Shown here: positions 21,678 through 32,751 of the stretch, one piece after another | How positions within the stretch are numbered: the first letter of the stretch is position 1 | Layout: each line of letters begins with the position of its first letter | DNA from: Trypanosoma brucei | Lineage: Eukaryota | Direction of reading: 5' to 3' | DNA length: 64,000 bases | Assembly: GCA_000002445.1 (NCBI GenBank) | Contig: AL929603.2 | Coordinates: 384,001 to 448,000 of the forward strand | Translations under genes and position numbers: made by a program | Notes under the pieces: generated by a model | Told to the model about the DNA's origin: nothing | The model's input: only the letters and a program-made list of their open reading frames with translations | Database searches by the model: none

Positions 21678-24600
21678 ATGAAAAAGACGCTTTCATGTCG
21701 GAGGCGGCTAATTCTTGGAATGAGCATTGAAGATGCACAAAGTAAGTTTGATTCTCCCGAATCCCGCGTAGCCCTGCGACTTGCTCATGAGCGACATAAT
21801 CAAGGGGTTTACCACGAGCTCAACCTCGCACAACGACTGCGTAATAGGCTCCCAAGTGAGCGTAAGTACCATTTAGTTCGTCACACGAAACCTAGCGTCA
21901 AAGGCTTCCAGGCTTATATTAAATCCAGCCCAGACGACTACGTTGTGAAGGAGCTTTGGTATGGAAAGAAGGCAACTTTACCGAAACTAGCGGGGGATGT
22001 GGGCGCTGCCGCCGCCATTACCAGCGGACAGAGTGTTGTGGACAGTAGCCCAAATGTTATTCCTTCTATCATTCAAGAGAAGGGGGTTGGCGGTCCTGTG
22101 CCTTGCGATCCACTTTATAATGGTTATTCAAACCCTAGTGGGGTTGGTGCTGTGGTGGATAACCAAACTGGGCCTGTGTGTGGTGTTAATTCAAGTGACG
22201 AATGCGCGAGGGATGATACCAGCGCGGCCTCTGTGGAAGGCAGCAGCATGAGTAGTCAGGCGTCGGTGGAAGCTTATATAGGACCTCAGCTTGGCGAGGA
22301 GATGGACGCGTATTCACGACACCGTACCATATTTATGGCAGAATTGAAACGGGTTGCAAAAACACTAAGTAACGAAGCAAAGCGGCAGCTCCTTATACGA
22401 CGTAGCAAAGGAGCCGCACCATCTGCCAGGCAAATGTCTGTTGTCGACCGACTAGTTGAGGAGGTACGGGAGGCAGAGGAAAAAGGTTACACAAGCCTCT
22501 CATCCTCCTCGCATTTGTTGGAGCCGCTGGGGCTCTCCCTTAACGTCTGCACAAAAAGGGACAAACGAGTGCTGGAGGCATTCCGTAGTCCACTGCTTTG
22601 CGTTCCTGCGGAGGAGAACTACATCTCCATCTCACTATGGGTTGCAGGCGCTCTCATAGAGAATAACGAACTAGCGACAGAGTTTCCATACTACATCGCG
22701 AAACATGCGAGCCCTGATTTGGATGAGTGTGACGTCATCACGTCGCCTAACAGTGTCCCGAGGGCGAGCATAGACGTGTATTTTTCTCTGGAACTGTACA
22801 AGCTGCAGCAAAGCATAGGGGTTGATGGTGTTTTGGCGCTTCGACGATTTATTGGTAGGGCAATGATACGTCAGCACGATCCGTTGCCGACGACGCCGTC
22901 TATTGCGTTTAACATGCGATTAAAGCAGCGCGAATGTGGTGGGTTGTGCTCAGGGGAATCTACACAAATTCCTTGGTTGCATGTAATTAAGGCAAAGGTT
23001 GCCTCGATATCAGGCACGGTATTGGAAGTTTCCTCCGACGACTCACCATCTACTACTGTTATGCGAGAGGCAATAGGACATGTTTGGAGGACATGGGGGA
23101 ACCTCGTAAAGGATCTGCATGTACACGGTGATCTTGACTACCTCTATGTTTCCGTGCGACCGGAGGTAGATGTGCAAGTAGGAATGCCACTGCTGGGGGA
23201 TTCGACCGGGGGAGTGCTTAACTGTAGTAAAGGGAAAGTATTGTCAACGTCGACGTCGCTGGGGAATTCCTCTCAACAGCTACTTCAGGGTCAGGATGGT
23301 CAGGATTGGAAGGGTCAAAATGGTGGGTCGAACGGTGCTAATTTGGGTAGGGCAATTTCTGGAAAAGGAGGGAAAAACGGTTCCCTTTGGAATGGTTTTA
23401 ACTCTCGTAAAACACGAGCAACAAACGTCATTCTGCCAACAGATTTTGTTGTTGTTGAGTGTTTGCTTGAGAAAAGGGGGCTGCCTCATCGTCTAGTTGT
23501 TGAAGACATTACCGAAAGTCTTACGGAAATGCAAAGACAAGCAATGGAAGTGCAGCGCCTGGCTGTTATTGATGAGGCACATCAACAAAGCCAGCAGTAT
23601 GTTACTGAGAATGAGGAGGATGAGTCATGTGACGAAGGGATTGCCCAATTTCCCGTCGATGTGCGTCCAGTTCTGTACGCGCCAACGATAACGGTGTCTC
23701 ACGCGGGTGTGATCGACTCAGCATCACACAGTTTCCAGCGGATTCGTATCCGTGGGAGTTGCCTCGCACACATTGAGGCGCTTGCGAAGGCTTTGGGCAG
23801 CGGAGAACACTTCGTGGAACGTGAAGGAATACACTTGTACGCAACCAAAACTAGTAGCCAGGGTACTTCTTTACCTCAGCTTCCACCAAACCTTCATTTT
23901 TCCAGGACTCACGCGGATGTCAATGAACACGCAGCAACTAAGAGGCTGATTGGTCATCACGCTTCATCTAGTCATGCTGTAATGGAGCAACGTGCAGCGA
24001 GTGGATACTTTCATCCTTACCAAACGCTGAAACCAATGCAATATATGATCGCTGATCACGACGAAAGGGAGTTTTGGCGGGAGCACTTTTATAAACTATC
24101 AGATATTACACTTGTATTTCATGATCGTGTATGTGCTGCAGACATCAACAATTCGCGTCAGTGGTCTTCTACGCTGAAGTCTCAGTTGCTATCAATCGGC
24201 CGGCAGCGTAGTGGACAGATGGGACTGGAAGATGAGTCGGACGACACCGCGGTGAATGGACCGAAAGATGAAGAAGGTGATTCTGCTGGACGTGCGCGAA
24301 AGAAGAAACCGAAGAAAGGAAGAGGTAAGCGAGCAGCGCAGGGAGATCTGGAAGACGTAGTCTCCACCATGAGCCCTGAGAAGATATTTGAATACCTATG
24401 CTTTGACATGGAGGTTACTAGTGCATCGTATGATCTCCGTATGGGAGATAATGACGGTTATGATTATCGTGTAAAGCTGCGTCGAATTCCGCAGAGCCAC
24501 TTTCCACTTGTAAAACCAGCCATGGTCTCTCTTCAGAAGCATGGTTTCATCAATTACTTTGGACCGCAGCGATTTTCTTCATACACCAGATATAACATGC

Positions 24601-26249
24601 ATCCCGGCTTGCACCTGCTGAAAGGCGAGTTTCACGCCGCAGCCAGTATCATCGTACAGCAATTCTACATGGACTCTGACCTTGCAGCTGAGAAGAGACG
24701 AAACGGTCACACCATCGAGAAGATGTACAGCTCGAAGGGAGCAGGGTTCCGGTTGCCGGATATAGATCGCTCGTTTGGTGGCAGACGGTCCGTTACTGAA
24801 AATGGATCCGCTCTGCAATCTGTTCTCAGCAATGCACTCCAGGCATCGTCACTTCTTGGGCTAAATGAAAATTCGGCTGAAATGGAAAGTTATAGCTCCT
24901 CACCAAAAGACCAGCAGATCATGAACGTAACTAATGGTGCTTCGGTGTTAGACCCCTGTGGGGAAGCGTTTCTACGCGTTGTTGGACCCAAAGCATGTTC
25001 CATGCTCGTGCATGAGTTCCTTGCCTTCCTCTGGAATGACATCGTCAATCAGAGGTTGCAGCGGTACGGCACATTCGCCATTCTCCCCGGCGATCTCGTG
25101 CGCTTAAATCCATTAGCATCGCCCCACTCGAATGAATTCGGCCGCGTTGTATATGCTTCAAAGAACAGCATTGAGAAGGGTAAATACACGTGCTATGACG
25201 TAGTCCTACCGGTCCCTGGTGCCGGTGTTGAGCTTCCTGATAATCACACAGCTGACCTATACGTTGTTACACTGAAGCGCATGGGCATTCTGTTTAACCC
25301 TGAGTCCAAACAGTGGGATATTTTCCGATCGCGAAGCAACTTTGGTAACGATGGTGCTTTACATGACGGTGAAGCGGCCTTTGCATCGTCACCATACAAC
25401 CGTTTTTCAACTTCTTTTGCCCTCATGGAGGAGGAATTGGGCGGCGAAACAAGCGTGATGAATTTTGCACACGAAAGCCAGGTAGGCGAGGAGGGGGATG
25501 CCGGCGGTATGGTAACAGAAGGAGTTTTGTCGGACGGTCGAGGGCTCCGGCGCGACTTACGACATGAGGGAAACATGGGTAATCTTCTGGGAGTAAATAT
25601 ATGGTGCTCCTACAGGCATATGCTCGTCAACCCGTCCTCGCAACTACGCTGGAGATTTCAGTCAGGTCGCACCGGTGATCCATACCAGCGATGGGCATTC
25701 GGAGTTCGTAACACCTTCATGGGAAGGGAGACCAATGTTTCGTCCCTCTCTGGGGCTTTGTTGGATAAGGGCACTCTCGGTCGCAGTGCTGAGCAACCTC
25801 AGCAGCAACTGTTACTTTTAGGAAATGGCGCACCAGGGAGGTCAGGGAAGGACTCCAGGGGAGGAAAAAGACGAGCGCGTACATTACCGGCTGCACCGTA
25901 CTGGTTGCCGGAAAAGAATAATGGTTGTCTCGAGTTGTCCTTCCAACTCCCCTCTAGCGTCTACCCCAGCATGTTGTTGCGGGAGGTAACAAAAAGTGAC
26001 GTTAATAGCCCTGACGTGGTAGATCTCGACCGCCCGCTGATTGACACGCGCGCGGAGTCGTGGAACGGACTTACGGCGGACCAGCAGCAAACATACAGAC
26101 GATACCTGGCTAAGAAGCGGCAAAAGCTGTTTACAGAGGCACCACGAGCTATCAATATAGCACTTCTGCATCAGCACATCTTCCGTAGTGGCGGCATGAG
26201 GCGAGGCCTAATACCCTCCATGCGTGGCTATGATAATGTCTCGAAATGA
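21678..26249 (+). CDS. Pus7/TruD-family pseudouridine synthase, unusually large (1523 aa)
   Basis: Motif GFINYFGPQRFSS matches the TruD/Pus7 NYFGxQRFG signature. A candidate catalytic-Asp block is CTKRDKRVLEAF, compared with GTKDKRAITVQ in Pus7. Large insertions and extensions are typical of trypanosomatid orthologues. Confidence 0.7.
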   Translation: MKKTLSCRRRLILGMSIEDAQSKFDSPESRVALRLAHERHNQGVYHELNLAQRLRNRLPSERKYHLVRHTKPSVKGFQAYIKSSPDDYVVKELWYGKKATLPKLAGDVGAAAAITSGQSVVDSSPNVIPSIIQEKGVGGPVPCDPLYNGYSNPSGVGAVVDNQTGPVCGVNSSDECARDDTSAASVEGSSMSSQASVEAYIGPQLGEEMDAYSRHRTIFMAELKRVAKTLSNEAKRQLLIRRSKGAAPSARQMSVVDRLVEEVREAEEKGYTSLSSSSHLLEPLGLSLNVCTKRDKRVLEAFRSPLLCVPAEENYISISLWVAGALIENNELATEFPYYIAKHASPDLDECDVITSPNSVPRASIDVYFSLELYKLQQSIGVDGVLALRRFIGRAMIRQHDPLPTTPSIAFNMRLKQRECGGLCSGESTQIPWLHVIKAKVASISGTVLEVSSDDSPSTTVMREAIGHVWRTWGNLVKDLHVHGDLDYLYVSVRPEVDVQVGMPLLGDSTGGVLNCSKGKVLSTSTSLGNSSQQLLQGQDGQDWKGQNGGSNGANLGRAISGKGGKNGSLWNGFNSRKTRATNVILPTDFVVVECLLEKRGLPHRLVVEDITESLTEMQRQAMEVQRLAVIDEAHQQSQQYVTENEEDESCDEGIAQFPVDVRPVLYAPTITVSHAGVIDSASHSFQRIRIRGSCLAHIEALAKALGSGEHFVEREGIHLYATKTSSQGTSLPQLPPNLHFSRTHADVNEHAATKRLIGHHASSSHAVMEQRAASGYFHPYQTLKPMQYMIADHDEREFWREHFYKLSDITLVFHDRVCAADINNSRQWSSTLKSQLLSIGRQRSGQMGLEDESDDTAVNGPKDEEGDSAGRARKKKPKKGRGKRAAQGDLEDVVSTMSPEKIFEYLCFDMEVTSASYDLRMGDNDGYDYRVKLRRIPQSHFPLVKPAMVSLQKHGFINYFGPQRFSSYTRYNMHPGLHLLKGEFHAAASIIVQQFYMDSDLAAEKRRNGHTIEKMYSSKGAGFRLPDIDRSFGGRRSVTENGSALQSVLSNALQASSLLGLNENSAEMESYSSSPKDQQIMNVTNGASVLDPCGEAFLRVVGPKACSMLVHEFLAFLWNDIVNQRLQRYGTFAILPGDLVRLNPLASPHSNEFGRVVYASKNSIEKGKYTCYDVVLPVPGAGVELPDNHTADLYVVTLKRMGILFNPESKQWDIFRSRSNFGNDGALHDGEAAFASSPYNRFSTSFALMEEELGGETSVMNFAHESQVGEEGDAGGMVTEGVLSDGRGLRRDLRHEGNMGNLLGVNIWCSYRHMLVNPSSQLRWRFQSGRTGDPYQRWAFGVRNTFMGRETNVSSLSGALLDKGTLGRSAEQPQQQLLLLGNGAPGRSGKDSRGGKRRARTLPAAPYWLPEKNNGCLELSFQLPSSVYPSMLLREVTKSDVNSPDVVDLDRPLIDTRAESWNGLTADQQQTYRRYLAKKRQKLFTEAPRAINIALLHQHIFRSGGMRRGLIPSMRGYDNVSK

Positions 26250-27410
26250 GAATGCCTCACGCGGGGGAACCCTTAAGTGTAATTTCGTGTAAAAAGCTAA
26301 CAAAAGAAAAAAAAAGGAGAGTTATTCACATACTAAGGTAAGAGAGAGTGAGAAAAAAAAAAGGAGTATCAATCAGGGAGAGACACTTAATTCCTGCCTC
26401 TTGGTTCATCCGAACGCGGCCCTCCGGGGAGCTGTGTTAAGTTTGGCTCTGAAGCATTGTAGGTACTGCGCTGTGAGCGTAAAAGCGTATCGCAGTTTGG
26501 GGGGGGAGAAGGAAAGGTTCCGCAATGCTGCGTTTGCGCTCGTTTCACATACAGTCGCGTCATATGGTGCTGTACGCATTTAGATGGGAGATTGGACGGC
26601 TGATGCTACAGCGAAAGCCCCATTTTGCGTTGCTATACACATGTGTGCACCGAGCGCACTTCTCCTTTTTTAAAAAAAAGCGGTAGGGTGAAGGCTGGGA
26701 GAAGTGCCCTGTTTGATGGGTGCCTCATGTCAACGGTGGGTTCTAGCGCAGCTGAAGTGGGTTGGTGATCTCAGCTTATAAAACAATATGTTTCTTATTC
26801 ACTGTGGAAGCTTTATTACCCTCCGCATGTTCTTCCTTTTAAAATTTAACTGTTATTATTGTTGTTATTATTATCAATTTTGGTGACTTCCAGCATTCAT
26901 AGAACACTGTGTATATGTGACGACATCTAGTTCACCGTGCTACGGTTTGGAGGAGATGATGCAGCCACCCCACTTGGAGGTTGAGTGAGTGTGCTGCCCC
27001 ACGTTTGAACCCGATCCATGAGCATTCACTAATCAATCAACCATCAGGTTATTGTTTATCATGTCGTGCCCCTCGGTAGCTCTCTGAATGTTTCAGCACG
27101 TTGTCTTCTCTCTTCCCTTCAATGGTTCTCTATGTTTTTCCCATACGCTGCGCACGCTTGTGAATTTCGCACTTCAAATAAGCGGTAACGCGGTAAAATA
27201 GGGGAGAAAGTGAAAAGGGGCGGAGAGGACACCCAGGGACCAAGTTGTATCCGTGCATGGTGGTTTGTTAAAACCAGTGATAACCGACTGACCGTGTGTT
27301 CATAAGGATAGCAAAGTGACTTCGTCGATATACGGACAGACAAAAGCGCACGCAGTTAGGCTAAAATAGGTGATAACTATTAGTGGCAGGTGACCAAGAA
27401 AGTACCACCA

Positions 27411-28223
27411 ATGCAGCGCGATGTGTACGCGTCGCTCATTAAGAAGCGGCACAAACAAATGGTCCCGCTGTTGATCCACCAGGTCTCCGGCGACATCACC
27501 CGTGAGAATATTTTTGACGAAGTCTTTCATGGCTACAAACTTCGTCGGATTGTTCTGATGACGCACATGGCTGCAACACCTGCTACGCTTCCGAGACTCC
27601 CGCGTGATATCATTGTGTCCGACTTTGACAAGCTGAAAGCCATTCACCAACCACACTTTCACTACAAACTACTTCCCCTTCTGTGCACTGACTTTGAAGC
27701 GTTTTCTGCGCTTCAGGGAATTTGTGCGAGCGCCAACTCACCCTTTACAATAGAAGACCGCAAGGACCCTCAGGGGCTAACGCATCGGCTCTCCAATGGC
27801 TGTTCGGAGCGTCAAGCGTTGTGCGAATTTTTTGACCCCCATATCGCACCAGCAGAGAAGCTTGTGCCGGTGTTCTCACGCAAACTCCCTATTTCCGCCG
27901 TCGTATTTGATGGTTTGCTCCTCAAGCAAAACTATCCTAAGGTGGCCGCATTGCTCACAGTCCATGAGGCCGCTTCAGAGAAAAGTATAATAGAACGTGC
28001 TATCATGAGAGACTTCTTTGTGTCACCGCTGTATACCAAGGTGAGTGGTAACAGCGACGTGGCTCAGTCACTCCGCCTGGTGCATCATTGCACGCACTTC
28101 ATGGCTCTTAAGCGTGCGGTAGGTAGCGATGCTCCCAGTAGGCAGTCACTAATGCGACTCGCTGCGGAGAAGAAGTTGTTTATGTACGAAAAAATCGGCG
28201 ACGAGTACCAATTCGTTCACTGA
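27411..28223 (+). CDS. Hypothetical protein (no recognisable domain)
   Basis: The ORF has coding-like composition and lies in the same direction as the rest of the cluster. The track start is a GTG at 27390; the first ATG is 27411 (MQRDVYASL...). Confidence 0.45.
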   Translation: MQRDVYASLIKKRHKQMVPLLIHQVSGDITRENIFDEVFHGYKLRRIVLMTHMAATPATLPRLPRDIIVSDFDKLKAIHQPHFHYKLLPLLCTDFEAFSALQGICASANSPFTIEDRKDPQGLTHRLSNGCSERQALCEFFDPHIAPAEKLVPVFSRKLPISAVVFDGLLLKQNYPKVAALLTVHEAASEKSIIERAIMRDFFVSPLYTKVSGNSDVAQSLRLVHHCTHFMALKRAVGSDAPSRQSLMRLAAEKKLFMYEKIGDEYQFVH

Positions 28224-28959
28224 GCAGCGACTTGACCAATGAAAAGGGACCAGCTGGTTGAGGGGAAGTGCATATAGCGGCTGCAGTGGTATGAGGCAAT
28301 GCCTCGATTATTGTGTTTGGTACGGATGTTTGCGTCATTGGTTATGCATACATAAGTAGTTTGTCACAGATATTTTAAAGAAAGCAGCGCAGATGCGTTT
28401 CTACATGCTTACCTATCTGACGAAACGGTGGAGCGGCGGTGTGTGAACAGCGCATACGGGTCTGTTTCCGCCGCATTGAACTGTGTGTCTGCAAGTTGGG
28501 ATAAAATGAGCGGGGAAGTGCGTGGCTCACCAACCCTTACAAAATAACCCTTCGAAGTATTATGAACTTTCAAACATTTGTTACAACCCTTTCTCATCAA
28601 ATTGTGCTGTGCAGCTTTCCCTATTTATTTGAGTTAAACCGGACAATCTCACTAGTCCCTATTTGTTTCTGCGTTGTTATATTTCGGATGGAAGAGTAGG
28701 GGGAGCCCTTAAGTGGTGTGGAAAATTGAGATAACTGGTGCCCAAAGTTTTTTTTTAAGGGGCTGAAAGAATATATCTATATACATTCAAAAGGCGTTTG
28801 TGGCATCACATTACCACAGCAGGGTGCGAGGACTACATCTCGGCGAGGCGGAAGAAGCTACGGAGAAGTCCTGCAGTTGCGGCCCAGTAGTTAAAAACTT
28901 GTAAGTGATAGTAAGAAAGGGAGAGGGCTGTTGTTACTTGGCTGTTCATAATCTCTTAC

Positions 28960-31179
28960 ATGCTAAGTCCCTGGAATGATTGTGTGGGAGATGATCATCA
29001 ATGGATTCTTAAACCGCTGCAAAACCGACTTCGCTATGAAAGGCCGCTACCCGTCCAGCAGGCGGTGGTTCCAACGGTTCGGCGGGCATTGCTGAGTGGA
29101 TTGCCGATGGATGTTTGCCTCACCGCTCCAACTGGCAGTGGAAAGACCCTGTGTTATCTCCTTCCTCTCTTACAAATGATTACCGAGGCTAAGAAGGGCA
29201 CCAACCACACACGTCTTCTCGCATTGGTGCTGGTACCCACAAAGGCCTTAGGCCAGCAGGTAACGCACGAACTGCAACGACTTACCCGTGGAACAACCAT
29301 AACTACTGTCTCGCTCTGTGATGAAATGAGTGTAAAAGAGGAGGCTGCAGCGTTAGTACGGACTGTTCGTCTTGTGGGAAGCGGTACACATCAAACACAG
29401 GGCCACTACAGAAATGTGCCCTACATGAACATCTACAATGGCGATAGTGTTTCCCTCCCGAGCAACGCCGCTGGTGTGGCACACAATGAAGATGAATCTG
29501 AGGATGGTGCAAGTAGTAGTGACGGTGGTAATGGTGAGGAAGTGGGATATGACTCCATGGTGGACTCTTCTCTTCACTACTACTCACGTGCAGATATTGT
29601 AATATCAACGCCACAGCGTCTGCTTCGCCATCTTGATGGCACTCCCGGCTTCACACTCCTGCACCTCCGTCTATTAGTTATCGATGAGGCAGATCAAGTT
29701 CTCTCCGGGAACTTTGCCAACTTCGTGGCGAAAGTGGTTGAACGATTCGAGGAGGAGCAAGCGTCACGCGTTGGTAGCACCGGAGACCGACGGCGGCTTA
29801 CGCAATTAACATATAGTCTCCATAAATTCCTCTGTTCTGCAACATTGTCGTCGCATATTACGCGAATTTCGGAGGTTCGTCTGCGAAATTGCCGGCATTT
29901 CACATTGGACAGTTTCGGGACCGAAATTCAGCGGGAGGATGAAGGAGAACCCCTTCCACTTCCATCAACGGATGACACAGGGAGTAGAAAGAAGAACAAG
30001 CGGGATCAGGAGAGAGGAAACGCCAACACTAAGAATAAAAGAGGGGACGATGTGGGTAAAGGGGGCGAGGAAGACTCTTGTGAAGATGGCAATGAGGAAG
30101 TGAAACTGCCACTTTCTCGGCAGCAACTGGTGCGCACTTCGTTTGCACTTCCACCACGTCTTCAAGAGCACGTTGTCTTTGTGGAGGATTGGTACCGACA
30201 CGCTGTTTTACTAAAACTCGTCCGGGCAATTGTCGACAAGCAAAAGAAGGCTGAAGCCCTTGTTAAAGAACATAAGAGGCGGGAAGAAGGTCTAGCGGCG
30301 CAAGATGATGAAAGTGAAGGCACTGGCCTCGGAAGCAATGGTTACGGTACTTTTAGTCGTGAAAATGTCAGGGAGTGCGAAAGCACCGAGTTTCGGGCTT
30401 TGCCACATCGAAGGCGTGGAGCCTCAAAACTTGTCGGAGCATCTGATCCTTCCTACCCATCATGTGATGATGACGCTGGTAGGCGCATTGTCATTTTCTG
30501 CCGCTCTGCTGATGAGGCACGTGTGATGGGTCACTTTCTTCTCTCGGCAGGGGTTCAGGCGACGGAGTTCACGACTCTCGCCACCGAAAGTGAGCGGCGC
30601 CGTGCACTTCTTAAATCCCGTCCCGATTCGTGTGTTGTTGCCTCTGATGCCCTCATGCGTGGTGTGGATGTGCCAAATGTCGGCCATGTGATTATGTACA
30701 ATCCTCCGGAAACCCTTTCCCAATACGTCCATCGCGCGGGGCGTACTGCCCGGGCTATGCGGGCCGGTCACTTACATTTACTTTTACAAAAGCTTGGACC
30801 TAGTGGAACCATGAAGGATGGGGAGGTGGCTATGTTTAAAGCAATTAGTGCCGCCGTGTCTCGGATGCAACCAGTGCGGTACGAACGCCACTTTTTTATG
30901 TTTGATGTTGCACCCACTCAGTTGGGTAAAGTCGCGATTGAGTCCAGTCCTGAAGGTGGAAATAATGGGGAGGGTCGTGGTTTGGTGAAGGACAAGGCAC
31001 GATTACTCATTGAGGAAGCGGATAGATATCTGAAGGAAACGCAATTGCGGTTAACGGGTCGCTGGGTGTCGGCACTTGAAAGCGCTCGGAGGGGTGACGC
31101 CGTGGGAAATAAGCCGTCGTCAGCGACGTTTGGTGGCTCGAGGAGGTTTATATCACAAACAAAGAGAGAACGTGGCTGA
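28960..31179 (+). CDS. DEAD-box ATP-dependent RNA helicase (DDX51/Dbp6-like)
   Basis: Motif I APTGSGKTL. Ia: LVLVPTKALGQQ. II: LLVIDEADQVL. III: CSATLS. V: ASDALMRGVDVPNV. VI: HRAGRTARA. A long acidic/basic insertion separates the two RecA domains. Confidence 0.85.
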   Translation: MLSPWNDCVGDDHQWILKPLQNRLRYERPLPVQQAVVPTVRRALLSGLPMDVCLTAPTGSGKTLCYLLPLLQMITEAKKGTNHTRLLALVLVPTKALGQQVTHELQRLTRGTTITTVSLCDEMSVKEEAAALVRTVRLVGSGTHQTQGHYRNVPYMNIYNGDSVSLPSNAAGVAHNEDESEDGASSSDGGNGEEVGYDSMVDSSLHYYSRADIVISTPQRLLRHLDGTPGFTLLHLRLLVIDEADQVLSGNFANFVAKVVERFEEEQASRVGSTGDRRRLTQLTYSLHKFLCSATLSSHITRISEVRLRNCRHFTLDSFGTEIQREDEGEPLPLPSTDDTGSRKKNKRDQERGNANTKNKRGDDVGKGGEEDSCEDGNEEVKLPLSRQQLVRTSFALPPRLQEHVVFVEDWYRHAVLLKLVRAIVDKQKKAEALVKEHKRREEGLAAQDDESEGTGLGSNGYGTFSRENVRECESTEFRALPHRRRGASKLVGASDPSYPSCDDDAGRRIVIFCRSADEARVMGHFLLSAGVQATEFTTLATESERRRALLKSRPDSCVVASDALMRGVDVPNVGHVIMYNPPETLSQYVHRAGRTARAMRAGHLHLLLQKLGPSGTMKDGEVAMFKAISAAVSRMQPVRYERHFFMFDVAPTQLGKVAIESSPEGGNNGEGRGLVKDKARLLIEEADRYLKETQLRLTGRWVSALESARRGDAVGNKPSSATFGGSRRFISQTKRERG

Positions 31180-31684
31180 AGAAGAAAATGAAGGGGGAAA
31201 ATCGGAGAAGGTGCCTGTTTTTCCGCTACGCACGTGAGAACCTGACCTGAAATTGCCATCAAGGTCCCTGGAGCATGAAGGGCAACCCCACCGGAAAAGG
31301 GAGGGTGTTTTGTGTTGGTGTGGTTATCGTTTAAATTACCAGGGCAAGCAGGTGCAGATAAATACGTTATAAAAAAAAAAAACAGTCTAAAAGGAAACAG
31401 AAAGGAAAAAACATTCAGTAAATTTGTTACACGCTACACCCGAAAAAAGTACGTGGGAAAATAGCACCGTGGAACATCATGTCGTCACATTTTTGTTTCA
31501 TATGCTTTGAAAAACGTCACTTCCTGTGTTTTCCCGGTACTTTCCCTTTTCTTTTTTCCTTATCTTACCTTCGCACCGTTGAGGCTCCGGTAGGCTGATC
31601 TCTTTCTTGTTGATTTACGTGGAGTTTTTTTTTAAATTATTTTGTATACGCGTGTATATAAACATATACGTTTTTCTGATTGCA

Positions 31685-32167
31685 ATGGGTGGAACAAAGA
31701 AAAAGGCAACGGTACCTATTAAGAAGGAAAGTAAATACAAGATTCCTTCTCATTTTGATTGTCCCTTTTGCGACGCAAAGAAATCCATTGCCGTGAGGTT
31801 GAAACGCAGCGATGGCTTGGCGTCGGTGCACTGCCGTGTGTGTCGTGTTGGGGAAAATAGGCATTATAACTTCTCACCGTTGGAAAAACCTGTGGACGTT
31901 TTTTTCCGCTTTCGTGAAGAATTGATGGAAAAGGATCACGAACTTTTGCGGGCACACAACGTTGAAACGGGAGCTATGGCCGCCCGCACTGGCCTTGCAC
32001 AACTTGCGCCAAAAAATAGACAACAGGCAACGCTTGAAGAGGACATGGCCTCGGCGGAACCAAGCGATTATGACAACTTTTTAAGCACGGTAGAAAATAT
32101 TAGCAGGTCCGCCCTCCTGGCATCTGACATCCATGTCGATAGTGAGTACGATGAGCCGCTGTTTTGA
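31685..32167 (+). CDS. ELOF1: Transcription elongation factor 1 homologue (ELOF1/Elf1 zinc finger)
   Basis: MGGTKKKATVPIKKESKYKIPSHFDCPFCDAKKSIAVRLKRSDGLASVHCRVCRV has C-x2-C-x20-C-x2-C spacing identical to ELOF1. The following PVDVFF matches the conserved DVY/DWxD region, and an acidic C-terminal tail follows. The track's upstream extension starts at a TTG. Confidence 0.8.
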   Translation: MGGTKKKATVPIKKESKYKIPSHFDCPFCDAKKSIAVRLKRSDGLASVHCRVCRVGENRHYNFSPLEKPVDVFFRFREELMEKDHELLRAHNVETGAMAARTGLAQLAPKNRQQATLEEDMASAEPSDYDNFLSTVENISRSALLASDIHVDSEYDEPLF

Positions 32168-32751
32168 CCAGAAACGGGGGGAAAAGAGAAGATAAACGTG
32201 AGGGATGATGAGACACGTATCGGCGGACCCCTTTTGTGGAACAGGGTGAAGTGCCCCATCAACAACGGAAAGGGGTGAAACAGAACGTTAGCAAACTCCG
32301 ATGGTGTCACCATCCGGGAATGGACCGTTGAGGTCGGCGGTGCGTTACGAGCTGCGCATTTCATCTTTTATATGTTCCGTTTATGTTTTTTGTCTGCGAA
32401 AGAGGGATGGGATGGACGGATGGTGAGTGGGCGTTGTGAACCTGGACACAGCGGCTGCGTTGGGGTCAATGCAAATGATCGAGACTCCATGCGAGTGGTA
32501 CTTTTTCTTTTGTTTTTATCAACTTGCAGAGTTACTTTCACCTCCATCAAACACTTCAAAATCACCTCTTTTCTTCTTCGGTGTATTTTGTGTGCCTCTT
32601 CGGGACCTGCATTTCAGGTCGCCAAGCGTTGTCCCCGCTTGTCAAAGTAATTGATTACGCTGTGTTTGCTGAGTGGGGCTCAGGAATTGGGAAATAAAAT
32701 TTTGTAGAAACACGGTTCTTTACATACCACTTCTTCATTGCATGTAAGCCC

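Noticed and set aside
26401-26583. 60-aa + ORF in GC-rich spacer
   Set aside because: Too short and with no supporting signal. The region is reported instead as a candidate ncRNA or structured element.
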